Origin: Octopus sinensis
Taxonomy: Eukaryota
Assembly (NCBI RefSeq): GCF_006345805.1
Contig: NC_043025.1
Span: 10,106,001-10,170,000 of the forward strand
Direction of reading: 5' to 3'
Length of the DNA: 64,000 bases
Shown here one piece after another: positions 25,191 to 38,049 of the stretch (position 1 is the stretch's first letter; every line of letters begins with the position of its first letter). The notes below the pieces were generated by a model. The model was not told the DNA's origin. It ran no database searches and worked only from the letters and a program-made list of their open reading frames with translations. The translations under genes were made by a program, and so were the position numbers.

Positions 25191-25834
25191 CTGGTGTTGT
25201 GTCTCGTAGCTCCCCCTCCTCGTCGCCACGACCACCGCCACCACTGATATACACACATTAACTGCAGCAGCAGCATCAGCAGCAGCAATAACAATATCAA
25301 TAAGAGACTATAACTGGAATTACAACTGTTAACAGCGACAGCGGCAGTGACAGCAGCAGCCTGTTGCCTCGGAGATGCTAATGGAGTATTGGACCAACAA
25401 CGGATCCCCCTCTCCGCTTTGTCCGTCTTCGGCAGTGATGTTTTAATACCTGTTTAGGACCCCCCCACCCCCCCTTGTTTTGGACACCCACCACCGCCGT
25501 CGTCCGTCCTTGGACAACACCTGCTGGAACGACCATTTTCCGAAGAAGGTGCAGTACAATTGCACAGGACGGAGTGCAACGAAGACGGCGACAATAACAA
25601 CAACAACAATAGCGATTATATGCCACAGACGATGAAAGAGGGGAAAAAATAGGGAATAAAAGGACCCAAGATTGGAAAATTGACAAAAATATCTCTTTTA
25701 CTCTTTACTCTTTTACTTGTTTCAGTCATTTGACTGCGGCCATGCTGGAGCACCGCCTTTAAATATATATAATATATATATAATAATATATATATATATA
25801 TAATATAAAATATATATAAAAAAAAACAAAGGAG

Positions 25835-26230
25835 ATTATCAACAACAACAACAACAATAATAATAATTGTAACAAAAAGGGCGTAAAAGAAGTAAGGAAA
25901 AAACATAGAAAAAACCTCCTGAAAAATCAACAACAACAATAATAATAATAATTGTAAGAAAAAGGGCGTAAAAGAAGTAAGGAAAAACAAAAAAACCTCC
26001 TGAAAAATCGACAACAACAACTACAACAATAATAATAATAATAATTGTAACAAAAAAGGACGTAAAAGAAGTAAGGAAAAACATAAAAAAACCTCCTGAA
26101 AAATCAACAACAACAACTACAACAATAATAATAATAATAACTGTAACAAAAAGGACGTAAAAGAAGTAAGGAAAAACATAAAAAAAACCTCCTGAAAAAT
26201 CAACAACAAAAACAACAACAGCAATAGCTA
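25835..26230. repeat. A-rich minisatellite, 85-95 bp units, about 4.5 copies
   Basis: GTAAAAGAAGTAAGG at 25883, 25968, 26062, 26157. Confidence 0.9.
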
Positions 26231-27839
26231 TGAGAATGGGTTGCAATTTATTATTATATTTTCGTGGTTGACCAATTAAGAATTAATTACTAAATTTTGC
26301 TAATTAGTTGTATTTCGTTGGGGTTTTTTTTTTTTGTCTTTTGCATGTGTTTGACTTTATTTATTTATATATACATCAATTTTTTTTTAAAGTTTTTTTT
26401 TGTGTGTGACACGATTCGCCTCGGTGCCTCGTGTCGTCGTACCCGTTGTGCCGTTTTACTCCATTTCTTGCAACGCCAAGCGCATCGCTTGTGCGTGCAG
26501 CTTCTTCCACGCTTGACGAGTTTGTAGCTGCGACGTGAATCGGAATCGGCCTTTTTGGTTTTTCCATCTCCCTTTCTTGTTCGTGTTCCTTGCTTCTTAT
26601 TCTTCTTCTTATTCTTCTTATTCTTATTCTTCGTCTTCCATTGTCATTCAATGCTTGCCACGGTCATCTTCTGATTCTTCCATTTTCTTTTCTTTTCTGT
26701 CATCATCATCATCATTGTCATCATCTTCTTCATCTCATATTGTATCATCGCCAAAGGAACACGGTAGAAGATTACGACGAGAGCGTCATCTAATTTCAAA
26801 TTCAACATCATTCGAAATCCATCACTCACCACCATCAATCTTTTAACATTTAATCAAAAACAGAACAGGACATCACACACACACATTTATATACACACAT
26901 ACACACATTTATATACACTCATACACGCACACACATTTATATACACACAAATATATATGTATTGTACATTTGCAAGCATACATAGCAAAGTGGTGGAGTG
27001 CAGGAAAATCCATCTTCATCAGCTGTCTGTCTGTGTGTCTACATGTCTGTACAAAGCTCAACTGTCTCATCTTGGAAGCCCTTAGGTGGTCACTCGACCA
27101 ATCGGAAATAACAGCCAAATCTCCCTCGGCCTGTACTACACCCAACTGTAACTAAAACAATAATAATAAGTATAAGCAAGAAAGAACTAAAGGATGCGTC
27201 TTGGAAAAATGTGAATCCTAGATGCACTATGCCACAACAAAAACAAATTCAATGGGGTGGTCGAGGCTGGGTTGCCTTTTGATCATAGGTCTGCTCAACC
27301 AGGACTGACTTAGGGGCTCAAAACTACTTATAGTTGCTACACCTTCATGGTCTGACTTCCTTTCGGGTTAACATTGTTGATCTGAAGACACGAAGGATCT
27401 GTGCCTTTTGCTCTCCTGTACATAGTGATATATATATGTGTGTATATATATTTATGTAAATGTCTACATGTGTGTATATTTGTAGTGTGTTTATTGTGTT
27501 TGGTGCTTAAAGCATTTTTGGATGCAGCTATCGGTATTACTCGGAGTAGCAGCGAATACTACCTGGGTCGCACGAACACATTGATTCTCCCACATGTCGC
27601 TACATGTGTCCAGTGCACCACAATCTTGTTTTGCCCATCTGAGCATTTATGTTTATATATGTATATATATATATATATATGTAAAGAGATGTATTTGTAA
27701 TTAATGCACATACAGTAAATATAAATGACGCACACACATATATATGTATACAAAATATAATATATATATATATATATGATATAGATAATATAAATATACA
27801 TGTTTAATATATCATATATAAGGTAATATATTTATAATA

Positions 27840-28400
27840 AACATGTATTATATGCTTATATAATAACAAATATATATATGTATATATAGTATATATAATA
27901 ACAAATATATATATGTATATATAGTATATATAATAACAAGTATATATATGTATATATAGTATATACAATAACAAATATATATATGTATATATAGTATATA
28001 TAATAACAAATATATATATGTATATAAAGTATATACAATAACAAATATATATATGTATATATAGTATATATAATAACAAATATATATATATGTATATATA
28101 GTATATATAATAACAATTATATATATGTATATATAGTATATATAATAACAAATATATATTCTTTTCTTTCTTTTATTCTTTTACTTGTTTCAGTCATTTG
28201 ACTGTGGTCATGCTGGAGCACCACCTTTAATGTATATATAGTATATATAATAACAAATATATATATGTATATATAGTATATATAATAACAAATATATATA
28301 TATGTATATATAGTATATATAATAACAAATATATATATGTATATATAGTATATATAATAACTAATATATATATATATGTATATATAGTATATATAATACA
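27840..28400. repeat. ~36-bp AT minisatellite interrupted by a SINE A tail fragment (28160-28229)
   Basis: Repeated tatatatagtatatataataacaaat. Confidence 0.9.
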
Positions 28401-28779
28401 ATATATAGACATATTATATATAATGTATGTAATATAATATATATTTATATATGTAATATACATAAACATTTGTATACACATGCATATATAGTGTTATTGT
28501 AAAGCCTGGATATTGATGTAGTGTAATCGGTTTTCAGAAAAGGAAAATCCATTTTCTTTTATTTTTCCATCAATTTCCACATTTTTTCTGCCATTTGCTC
28601 TCAGCATCCATCTATCCCTCCGTTCATCCATCCGTTTTCTCTTATTGGGAACAATATTTCCTACCACCACTGCCACTAGCGCCACTGCCGCTACTGCCAC
28701 TAACTACCATTACTGCCACCACCACTGCTACTGCCACCTCTACAACTTCCTCCATCTTTTGTCCCATCAGCAAAACCCC

Positions 28780-29140
28780 GATTCCCCATCACTACCACCA
28801 CCACCATCACTACTACCACCACAACCATCACCACCATCACAACCACCACAACCACCACCATCACTAACACCACTACCACCACCATCACTAACACCACCAC
28901 CACCACCACCATCACTAACACCACCACCATCACAACCACCATCACCATCACTACCACCACCACCACCACCATCACAACCACCACCATCACAACCACCACC
29001 ATCACTAACACCACCATCACTAACACCACCACCACAACCACCACAACCACCACCATCACAACCACCACCACCACCATCACTAACACCACCACCACCATCA
29101 CAACCACCACCACCACCACCATCACTACCACCACCACCGT
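28780..29140. repeat. (CAC)n mosaic
   Basis: Direct inspection. Confidence 0.92.
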
Positions 29141-30019
29141 GGTCCTGTTTCTCATCCCACCGCTCCATCCTTTCCTGGAATTGACTGCCACTGAAGTCTC
29201 ACAAGCTAGCATCCTATCACAGCCAATTTAAACTCTGACCTCCCAACATCATCATCATCATCATCATCATCATCATTTGCAGCAGCACCATTGTAAGCCT
29301 ACTGCATTCATAATTCTTGCCATCACCAATTGTGTTAAGAGACACTGGCAGACCTGTTGCTTGCTGTACACACAAACAACAGTACACACTGTTGTTTTCT
29401 TGGTGTTGTCTTGGGGCATTTCTTTTCTGTGCTTTGCTGCTACTTTTCTCTTTTCTTTCTAATCTGACACACTATCTGACTGTGTCTTTCTTTCTTTGTC
29501 TATATATCTGTCTATCTGACTGCCTGTCTATCTGACTATCAAATTGCCTGTCTATCTATCAGTCTATCTGACTGTCTGTCTATCTGACTGTCTGACTATC
29601 CAATTGCCTGTCTATCTATCAGTCTATCCGACTGACTGTCTATCTGTCTATCTACCTATCTATCTGTCTGTCTATCTATCTATCTATCACTCTGCTTCTA
29701 TAATCTTCACTCTTTGTCTCTCTCTCTCTTTATATTTCTCTCTTGCTCTCTCTCTCTCTCTCTCTCTCTTACTCTCTATCTGTCTGTCTGTCTCTCTCCC
29801 TCTCTGCTTGTCTGACTTTTGCAGATTCAATTTTTCTCTCTCTCATCCCTTTAGTTCTGTCTCAGTAAAAGAGCCTTTGATAAAATTAAGAGAAAAAAAA
29901 AAACATCTTCATATCTTAGACCCCCACCAATAATATCAGCACGAACGTCATTACAAACTCCAAATTCTTTTCCTAATGATTTTGAAAAGATATTTAATTT
30001 TGCTTCTTATTTCATAAAA

Positions 30020-30272
30020 TCATTTGTTGACAAACAATTTGACAGAAATAATTTTATTGTCAAAAATACTTTATTGACAGAAATATTTTGTTGACAAACA
30101 TAACTAGGACAAAATAATTTGTTGATGAAAATAATTTGGCAAAAATAACCTTGTTGACAAAGTTAATTTGATGTAAATATTTTGTTGACAAAGATAATTT
30201 GACAAAAAAATTATCTGCTGACGGCCATAATTTGACAACAATTTGACAAAAATAATTTATTGACAAAACATC
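30020..30272. repeat. Degenerate ~17-bp minisatellite with TTGACA core
   Basis: About 10 exact TTGACA plus variants at regular spacing. Confidence 0.7.
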
Positions 30273-31130
30273 TTTTGAGATATTTTTTTCTTTCCGTCAT
30301 GGTATTTTAAAGATATTTTAAAGAAATTTATGAAAAGAAATATATTTTGATATATTTTCATTATTTCTTTCATTAAATAACAGTAATTAATTCATTCATT
30401 CATTCATTCATTCTGACTGTTTGTTTTTCATTCATTCAGTCATTAATTTATTCTGTGATCCTCCTTCATTATTGTCCTCATTCATTATCAGAATCATCTT
30501 ACTTACTTCTTCGTTATCAGAAATCTTCTTGCAAATAGCCCTCCCTCCCCTCTTTCTCCTCTTCTTCCTCATTATTATAATTATTATTATTATTATTATT
30601 TGTTGCGTGACTATTAGCATTGATTTACTCAACAATACACACCCAGTACATCCGAAAAATTTTACATTAGAAAATATCATCATCATTATTATTATTATTA
30701 TTATTATTTGTCTCTTCACCTCTTGTTCTTCCTTGTTGTCATCTTCACATTACACCATATCATTCTTCTCGTTGTCACGGTAATGACAACGTCAATACTG
30801 GTGATGAAGAGGGCGGCGCCACGTGTTTCTTCTTGCTACACTGCAATGGATCACAACAGTTCGAAATCTCGTAGCAACAGCATCCTCGTCACTAGTAGTA
30901 GTCTCGTTATCTCTCGCCTCTACCCACTCCTTCTGCTCCTCTCCTACTTCTCCTCTTCGTCCTTCTCCACTTCCTCATCCACTTCCTCTTTCGCCAGTCT
31001 TAGTACAAGTTCATTCAGGTCACATCTTAACCCCCTCTTCCTTCGTCTCCCTTGACCGACTGAACGAGTTTATCTTATTCCTCACCATCCCACTTATTTC
31101 TCTTGTCTTTTACCTACAAGAATTTTTTTT

Positions 31131-31584
31131 TTAAACCCTTTCATTACTGCATTTATTTTGAGATGCTCTGTATTTCTTTCAATTAATTTTAACCCTTTAG
31201 TGTTTAAACCGGCCATATCCGGCCCAGATATTCTACATTTTTTACATTCAAACGGGTGATATCTAGCCTCTCACACCTAACCTACATTGACATTCTAAAA
31301 ACAAACAATCACATCATTGAAACCTCAAAGCTATAAGATAATGTATGATTAATTCAAAACAATTTGAGTGAGAAATTATTACATTTAACGGAGTAATCTG
31401 AACACTAACGGGTTAAATATAACAAAGAATTTAGTAAAATAACTTAGTTATCATTCAGCTAGTGTTAGGAACATAAATTGTGACTAAGTTTTGGTGGAAG
31501 ATTTTAATTCAAAACGTATGAAAACAAGACATTTGTACTCAGAGCCAGAGGCGGTTTCAGCCAGGTTGGTATCAAAAGGGTTAA
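31131..31584 (+). mobile_element. MITE D with MITE E (31193-31412) nested at its internal TTAA
   Basis: TTAA at 31189-31192 and 31413-31416; the uninterrupted copy reads aattaatt-TTAA-atataacaaag. Confidence 0.92.
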
Positions 31585-31607
31585 GAATTGTTTCTTTATT
31601 ATATATC

Positions 31608-31833
31608 TTAACCCTTTTACCATATTTCTGTTGAGATGTTCTGTGTTTCTTTCAATTAATTTTAAATATAACAAAGAATTTAGTAAATAAATTCAGTTAT
31701 CATTAAACTAGTGTTAGGAACATAAATTGTGACTAAGGTTTGGTGGAAGATTTTAATTCAGAACTTATGAAAACAAGACATTTGTACTCAGAGCCAGAGC
31801 CGGTTTCAGCCGGGTTGGTAACGAAAGGGTTAA
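31608..31833 (+). mobile_element. MITE D, complete
   Basis: TTAA-CCCTTT ... GTAACGAAAGGG-TTAA. Confidence 0.9.
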
Positions 31834-32532
31834 TTTGATCTCTCAATAAATTTTGACATAAATCAGCTTCTCTAGAAGCTGTAGAGAAGCAACAGAGAGA
31901 AAGAACAACGGTGGTTTGGCTAGTTGAGAGCTAAATACAAGCAACTGGGTTTCAGGCCTTCGTGCCACCTCGTTAGATAAATTGCTGAGGTTTTACTTCA
32001 TGCTGCTTGCTAATTAAATAGCTTTTCTGGTGGGAAGTTTGCATACCACAACATCACATGTTGCTGACCATCTTTTCTCCTATATAACATATATATATAT
32101 ATGTTTTTATGCCAAGTTATATATTAAAACAATTTAATGTTAAACTGAAGAATTAATATTTTATAATACCATACATGATTCATTAAACTTTTTTACAAGG
32201 GTGTTCACAGTGACTTTGAAGCTGCTCGCATTCTGATAAATCTTTGTCAAAAATTATTACTAAATATTATTACCATTTGTATTTGGAAAAGTTTGAACAC
32301 TATTACATCATACGCACTTTTCTCTCTCTTTCTCTCTTTATCTATCTATCTCTATAAACATATATATATATATATATATATACACATACATACATATATA
32401 TATATATATATCTTTGGAGCTTGATATCTTAAATAATACTACCTCGCTACAATTACTATTTCTCTTATTATTATCATTTTACAGTCAGGGAAAGTGTTGA
32501 AAGCCACTACATCACTCCTCCCCCCTTTGTAT

Positions 32533-32566
<34 letters not shown>

Positions 32567-32829
32567 TTCTTGTTCGCTCCCTTTTAAACAACTCACTATT
32601 ATCACTACTACTATTATTATCATTTATATTATTCTTAGTATTATTATTGTTGTGTTATTATTATTATTATTATCATTACTCTACTATCTTTATTATAATT
32701 ATTTCTCGTCTCCTGCCGAGTAGAACAACACCGCAACTGCCACAACCCTTTATAGGTTTCGTCGAGGACACGGTTTCAATCCCTGGTCAAAGATTGGTTT
32801 ACGTTTCATATTTACTTTCACTTTCACTT

Positions 32830-33295
32830 TCAAATTGATTTGACCTGCACTTATCTCGCACTCCACTCTCAGTCAAGTCTTTCTTTACTTTGTATTTTAT
32901 TCCTCACTCTATTCTCTCTCTGGTCTTCACTAAGTTTTCACTCTCACTCTACTCTCTCTCTCTTCTCTCCCATCATTCCCACTCGACTTTCACTTCCACT
33001 TCCACTCTTACTTCACTCAGTTTTCACTTCTCTCTCACTCTACACTCACTTGTTTCACTCACTTGACTTTCTCTTCTCACACTTCACTTATACTCCAGCC
33101 TTACCTCACTCAGTTTTTCTCCTCTCAGAATCTACTCTCCCTCCACTTCACTTTTACTCCACACTACTTTTACTTCACTCTGCCTTCACTTCTCTCTCTC
33201 ACTCCATTCTCACCTTCCCTACACTCTACCTTACTCCCACTTCACGTGTCCCTCACTCCACTCGACCCTCAGTCCATCTTGCTCTCACTCTGCTA
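32830..33295. repeat. Degenerate pyrimidine-rich (CACTY)n tract
   Basis: Direct inspection. Confidence 0.75.
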
Positions 33296-33419
33296 ATACA
33301 CAAGGGGAAAGGCATGAACATCATGACATCACCACCTTGTGACTAAGTCAAAAGCATTTAATTTGTCTTTGCTTTAATTAGATTTTTCACTTGTTTTTTG
33401 TATATTTGTTTATATTAAT

Positions 33420-33955
33420 CCACCTCCACCACCACTATCAATAATATCAACAAAAACACCATCTACATCACTTTACCATCACCAACGCCATCATCATTAC
33501 CACCACCATCATCACAACAGCATTATCATCATCATCATCAATATTGCTATCGCTGACCAACAGTACATTATTGTCATCGTCAACTCCACCGCCATTGGCA
33601 ACACCATCACACTGCCACCATCATAAGCATCATTAATATCAACAAAGACCACCACTGTCATCAGCATCATCACATCACTACCACCACCACCAAAACCACC
33701 ACAGCAACAACACCACCACCACCACCACACCACCACCACCAAAAACATTGTTGTCGTCGTCATCGTCGCCGTCAGCACATTCATCACTACTAACAACACC
33801 AACAACTAAGTCGCCAATATCAACAACAAACACCACCGCCAACACCTTCACCACTACCACCACCACCAGCACCAACACCACAGCCACTACCACCAGCACC
33901 AACACCACAGCCACCACCACTACCAACACCACAGCCACCACCACCACCACTCTGA
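33420..33955. repeat. (CAC)/(CAT) trinucleotide mosaic
   Basis: Direct inspection. Confidence 0.88.
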
Positions 33956-34025
33956 CAGCAGACTGTTTACCCCATCAGACTCATCTAGTCACTATCAATC
34001 TGTCCCGGGTGGAGTAAAGAAAAAC

Positions 34026-34062
<37 letters not shown>

Positions 34063-34664
34063 ATAAAACAAAAACAAATATACAGACACAGTGACTACAT
34101 TTACAGGTGTAAGCTGTCTGCCTGCTTTGTTTACACAAGATAATCTGGGTAAGGTGTGCAGCAAGGTGCTGTGCTATGTCGCGTCTTCTTGTCGTTTAAT
34201 TTGGCAAAGAGGTTCCACTGTTGAAAAAGAGAGAGAACCCACCTGATACTGCCGAGCGCCAGCAGCGCACTCATGCTTTTCTCTGATCTGAGTATCACTT
34301 GCTTTGTTCGTTTATCTCTTTTAATCTTATCGCGGGGGAGGGAAAGGCATGACTATCCCAACAGATCAAATTCTGACGCCTTGTAGATTGTAGAACACGT
34401 TTTATACCAGCGAGACACACCAAATCTTTATTTTCTTTTTCCTTTTCCTCTTTTGCTGTCTCTTATCTATCAATAAAGAGTTTGGCTGAGTTTCTACAAC
34501 ATCATATCGTCGTCGTATTGTACTCTATCTTTCACTCATACTCAACTACACTCCAGCCTCTATTCACACTCCACTTCTACTCTCACCTTTAATCAGTGAT
34601 AAAGTTTTTGCTTTGAAACAAATCTATCTCTCTCTCTGTATCCCAATCTACATACATTTGTAAT

Positions 34665-34714
<50 letters not shown>

Positions 34715-35798
34715 CACACATATATATATATATATACATATCTGTTGTTTCTTCTGAATATCTTCTTGCTTTTTCTAAAATTCTTTTTATCTTTTCTACC
34801 GCTCTTTTTGTTTCTCTTCCGAATTTCGATACATCTTTTGAAGAACATTGCTACCAGGAAACATCAATGTCTTGATAAATAAATGACTATTTGGCTCTGC
34901 CGCTAACATAACCAGGCATTAAAATCACTTTTACAAATATATTAATTAATGATATTCTCCACTAACACATATCCAGCGACACCCTTGATCCAAATGGTGA
35001 AATTGTAACCCTTTTCAATACCTCAAGATTCTTACAAACATCTTGGAAGATTCATTGCATTCTATGTTCAGCTTGTATACTATCTGGGGGACAGTGAATC
35101 AGGAAAACGGCTAAATTTTGCTTGGATATAATTTACCATTTTTCAAACTGACCAGCTTCTTCGTTGCAAACATTCTTTGTATTTCAATTAATAATTTTTG
35201 GTCGAAATATGGTAAAGAAATACTTGTTCATATCTTAGTGCCCAGCTTGGATTTTCTTTGGAAACATTTCATGCTCTGTGTATTCGTAGTCAGAAAAATC
35301 GGTAAATCTCAAAAAAAGAAAAGAGAAATATATAAATAATTTGATTTTTTTGAAATTGGATAATCAACATTTTATCATAAACATTTTGAGTTGTTTGCTG
35401 ATTGATTTTTTTTGTTTTTGTGCTTTTCTGATGATAATTAATCAGATAATGCTGTAATTGGCTCAGGGTTGAAGAAAAAAAAATTACTAACCCCACTTCT
35501 GCTAAAAAATAAAGACAAGATAAAAAAAAAATATATAAGGTGACAGTGATTAAAAAAAAAAATCTAGTTACCAACACCTGGATCAAGAAAAAAAAAAAAA
35601 TTTTGCTCTCTTCTCCAAACAAACAGAAATATACCTTTCAAACCCATCACAGGTTTCTTATGGTTGGTCTTTGAAGTCGGGAGAATTCCAAAAAAAAAAA
35701 CAAAGACAAATTTTTTTTGTTTTTGATACTCTGATATTCTGAGGGGAAATCTTTATTTCTTTGGCTTCTGTGTATATCGATATCAATATCTTGTAACC

Positions 35799-35878
35799 AT
35801 GGAAACGATTACATCGTCAACTGAAGAGGATATGTGGAGTATGAGAATTTCGGTGAAACTCTCACCTGATTGGAATAG
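35799..35878 (+). CDS. Candidate first coding exon (METITSSTEEDMWSMRISVKLSPDWN, phase 2), gene unidentified
   Basis: accATGG context, upstream in-frame TGA at 35724, donor AG|GTAAGC, lies at the end of a transposon-free island; no homology recognised. Confidence 0.42.
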
Positions 35879-36354
35879 GTAAGCACAACCATTCTCTTAA
35901 ACTTTTACAATTATGATCACTATTAATAATATTATTATTATTTTTTCCATCCTTCATTCTCTTCTTGGAATATCATCAGGTACTCACCAGTCTCTGCCAG
36001 TGAAGCAATGAGGTTGGCGGAAGTTCTATGTTAGCAATATATAAAGATCTAGTGAGCAAGTGTAATGTTCTTAGGGAAATTTTGGGCATCTACAAGGACG
36101 AACTAGCTGGTCTGTTTCAGGGGATTTTCAGGCTGGGAACTACCGTGCATAACCTCTTCTTCTTTGGTTGAGCTCTCAGCAATTTTTTCTTCCATCTGTA
36201 TATTTTTTTTAATCTTTCCCCAGTCACCTATCATTACAAATTTAATAAGGTCATCAGCATAGAGGAAATCTCATAGACATTGACAGACAGGCTTAACCCT
36301 TTTAATACCAACTCACCCTAGAGTTCTGTGACAAAGGATACAGACCCCCTTTGA

Positions 36355-37081
36355 TCATGAATGACCATAGTATTACACCTAGAAAGTTCCCCTCCGAGGC
36401 ACAAGTCTGGGCAAAGTTGTTTGTGGAAGACCAGTAGTTACCCATGCATACCAGCCTCTTCTCTCCATGGCGTGGAGGTGCAATGGCTCAGTGGTTAGGG
36501 CAGCGGACTCGTGGTCATAGGATCGCGGTTTCGATTCCCAGACCGGGCGTTGTGAGTGTTTATTGAGCGAAAACACCTAAAGCTCCACGAGGCTCCGGCA
36601 GGGGATGGTGGTGATCCCTGCTGTACTCTTTCACCACAACTTTCTCTCACTCTTACTTCCTGTTTCTGTTGTACCTGTATTTCAAAGGGCCGGCCTTGTC
36701 ACTCACTGTGTCACGCTGAATATCCCCGAGAACTACGTTAAGGGTACTCGTGTCTGTGGAGTGCTCAGCCACTTACACGTTAATTTCACGAGCAGGCTGT
36801 TCCGTTGATTCAGATCAACCGGAACCCTCGTCGTCGTAACCGACGGAGTGCTTCCATCCATCTCTCCATGGCACTGATGTTATTCAAAGGAAAGGCAAAG
36901 GACGATACAGCTTGGCATCAGTGATATTGCATCTTATTTCTACAGCTAAGTAGTGAACTGGAGCTACAGAAAATAAAATGTCTTGCTCAAGAATGCAACA
37001 CACAGCCCAGTCCAGGAATCAAACTCACTACCTCATGATGGTGAGCCTGACGCTCTAATCACTGAGTCATGTGCCTTCATG
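36355..37081 (-). mobile_element. SINE H, interrupted by SINE C
   Basis: Head GTGAAGGCACATGACTCAGTG near 37080; colinear with 21548-22696. Confidence 0.85.
36472..36860 (+). mobile_element. SINE C (tRNA-derived), full length, 12-bp TSD
   Basis: A box TGGCTCAGTGG, B box GTTTCGATTCCC; TCTCTCCATGGC at 36460-36471 and 36861-36872. Confidence 0.92.
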
Positions 37082-37409
37082 ACATAAACTTACTGGGGTT
37101 TTTTTTTGGTGGTTTAAATTATAATCTTCCATCAAAGTTTTATGCTAAATAGTTCCAGGACCCATTTTAATAATTAGAAAATTATCTTACCAAATTCTTC
37201 ATTATTTTAAAAATTGAAACAAAGGCAGCATATGTTAACAGAAATATGGTAACTAAATGGTTAACTCCTCTGTTACCCACCCACCTGAGCCTGTTCCCTG
37301 GTTCCATGATATGAACTTCCTGTTTTAAAGTGATCTAAATTTAAAACCCTCCATCAAAATTTCAAGTTAATTTATGTTCCAAACACCAGATTACTAATGA
37401 CAAAATATA

Positions 37410-38015
37410 TGTTGTTTGTTCCTTCTCGAGCCATGCCTGGATCGTAGGGCCGGTTTCCTTGGCATATAGGTTCCTCACATGGATGGGACGCCGGTCCGTC
37501 GCAGGTGAGCTGCAAGATGCAGGAGGAAAGAGCGAGAGAAAGTTGTGGCGAAAGAGTCAGCAGAAGTCTCGCCATTACCTTCTGCCAGAGCCACGTGGAG
37601 CTTAGGTGTTTCGCTCATAAACACACACATCACCCGGTCTGAGATTCGATTCCTGATCCATCGACCGCGAGTCTGCTGCTCTAACCACTAGGCCATGTGC
37701 CTCCAAAAAAATAAATGTTCCTTCTTGAGCCATGCCAGGCTCATAAGGGCCGGTTTCCTGGTTTCCTTGGCGTATAGGTTCCCCACCTGGACGGGACGCC
37801 GGTCCATCACAGGTGAGCTGCAAGATGCAGGAGGAGAGAGTGAGAGAAAGTTGTGGCGAAAGAGTAGGCAGAAGTTTCGCCATTACCTTCTGCCAGAGCC
37901 GCGTGGAGATTAGGTGTTTCGCTCATAAACACACACATCTGCCGGGTTGAGATTCGAACCCACAATCCCTTGACCTTGAGTCCACTGCTCTAACCACTAG
38001 GCCATGTACCTCCAA
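37410..38015 (-). mobile_element. Two head-to-tail SINE C-prime copies
   Basis: 37410-37705 and 37715-38015, each similar to 20635-20943. Confidence 0.9.
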
Positions 38016-38049
38016 AAAAGATATCTTTCTAAATTTCCTCTAAAATATG

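Noticed and set aside
30823-31134. ORF listed as minus strand (MFLLATLQW...)
   Set aside because: The peptide actually reads from the plus strand (GTG at 30823), so the track label looks wrong; it is low-complexity with no recognisable domain
35822-35865. CTGAAGA...GAAAC hammerhead-like motif
   Set aside because: No stem II closure, stem III or NUH site; lies within the candidate exon
35988-36089. Minus-strand 102-nt open exon candidate (tag|ATGCCC...CTG|gtgagt)
   Set aside because: Plausible splice sites but no recognisable peptide or partner exons; could arise by chance
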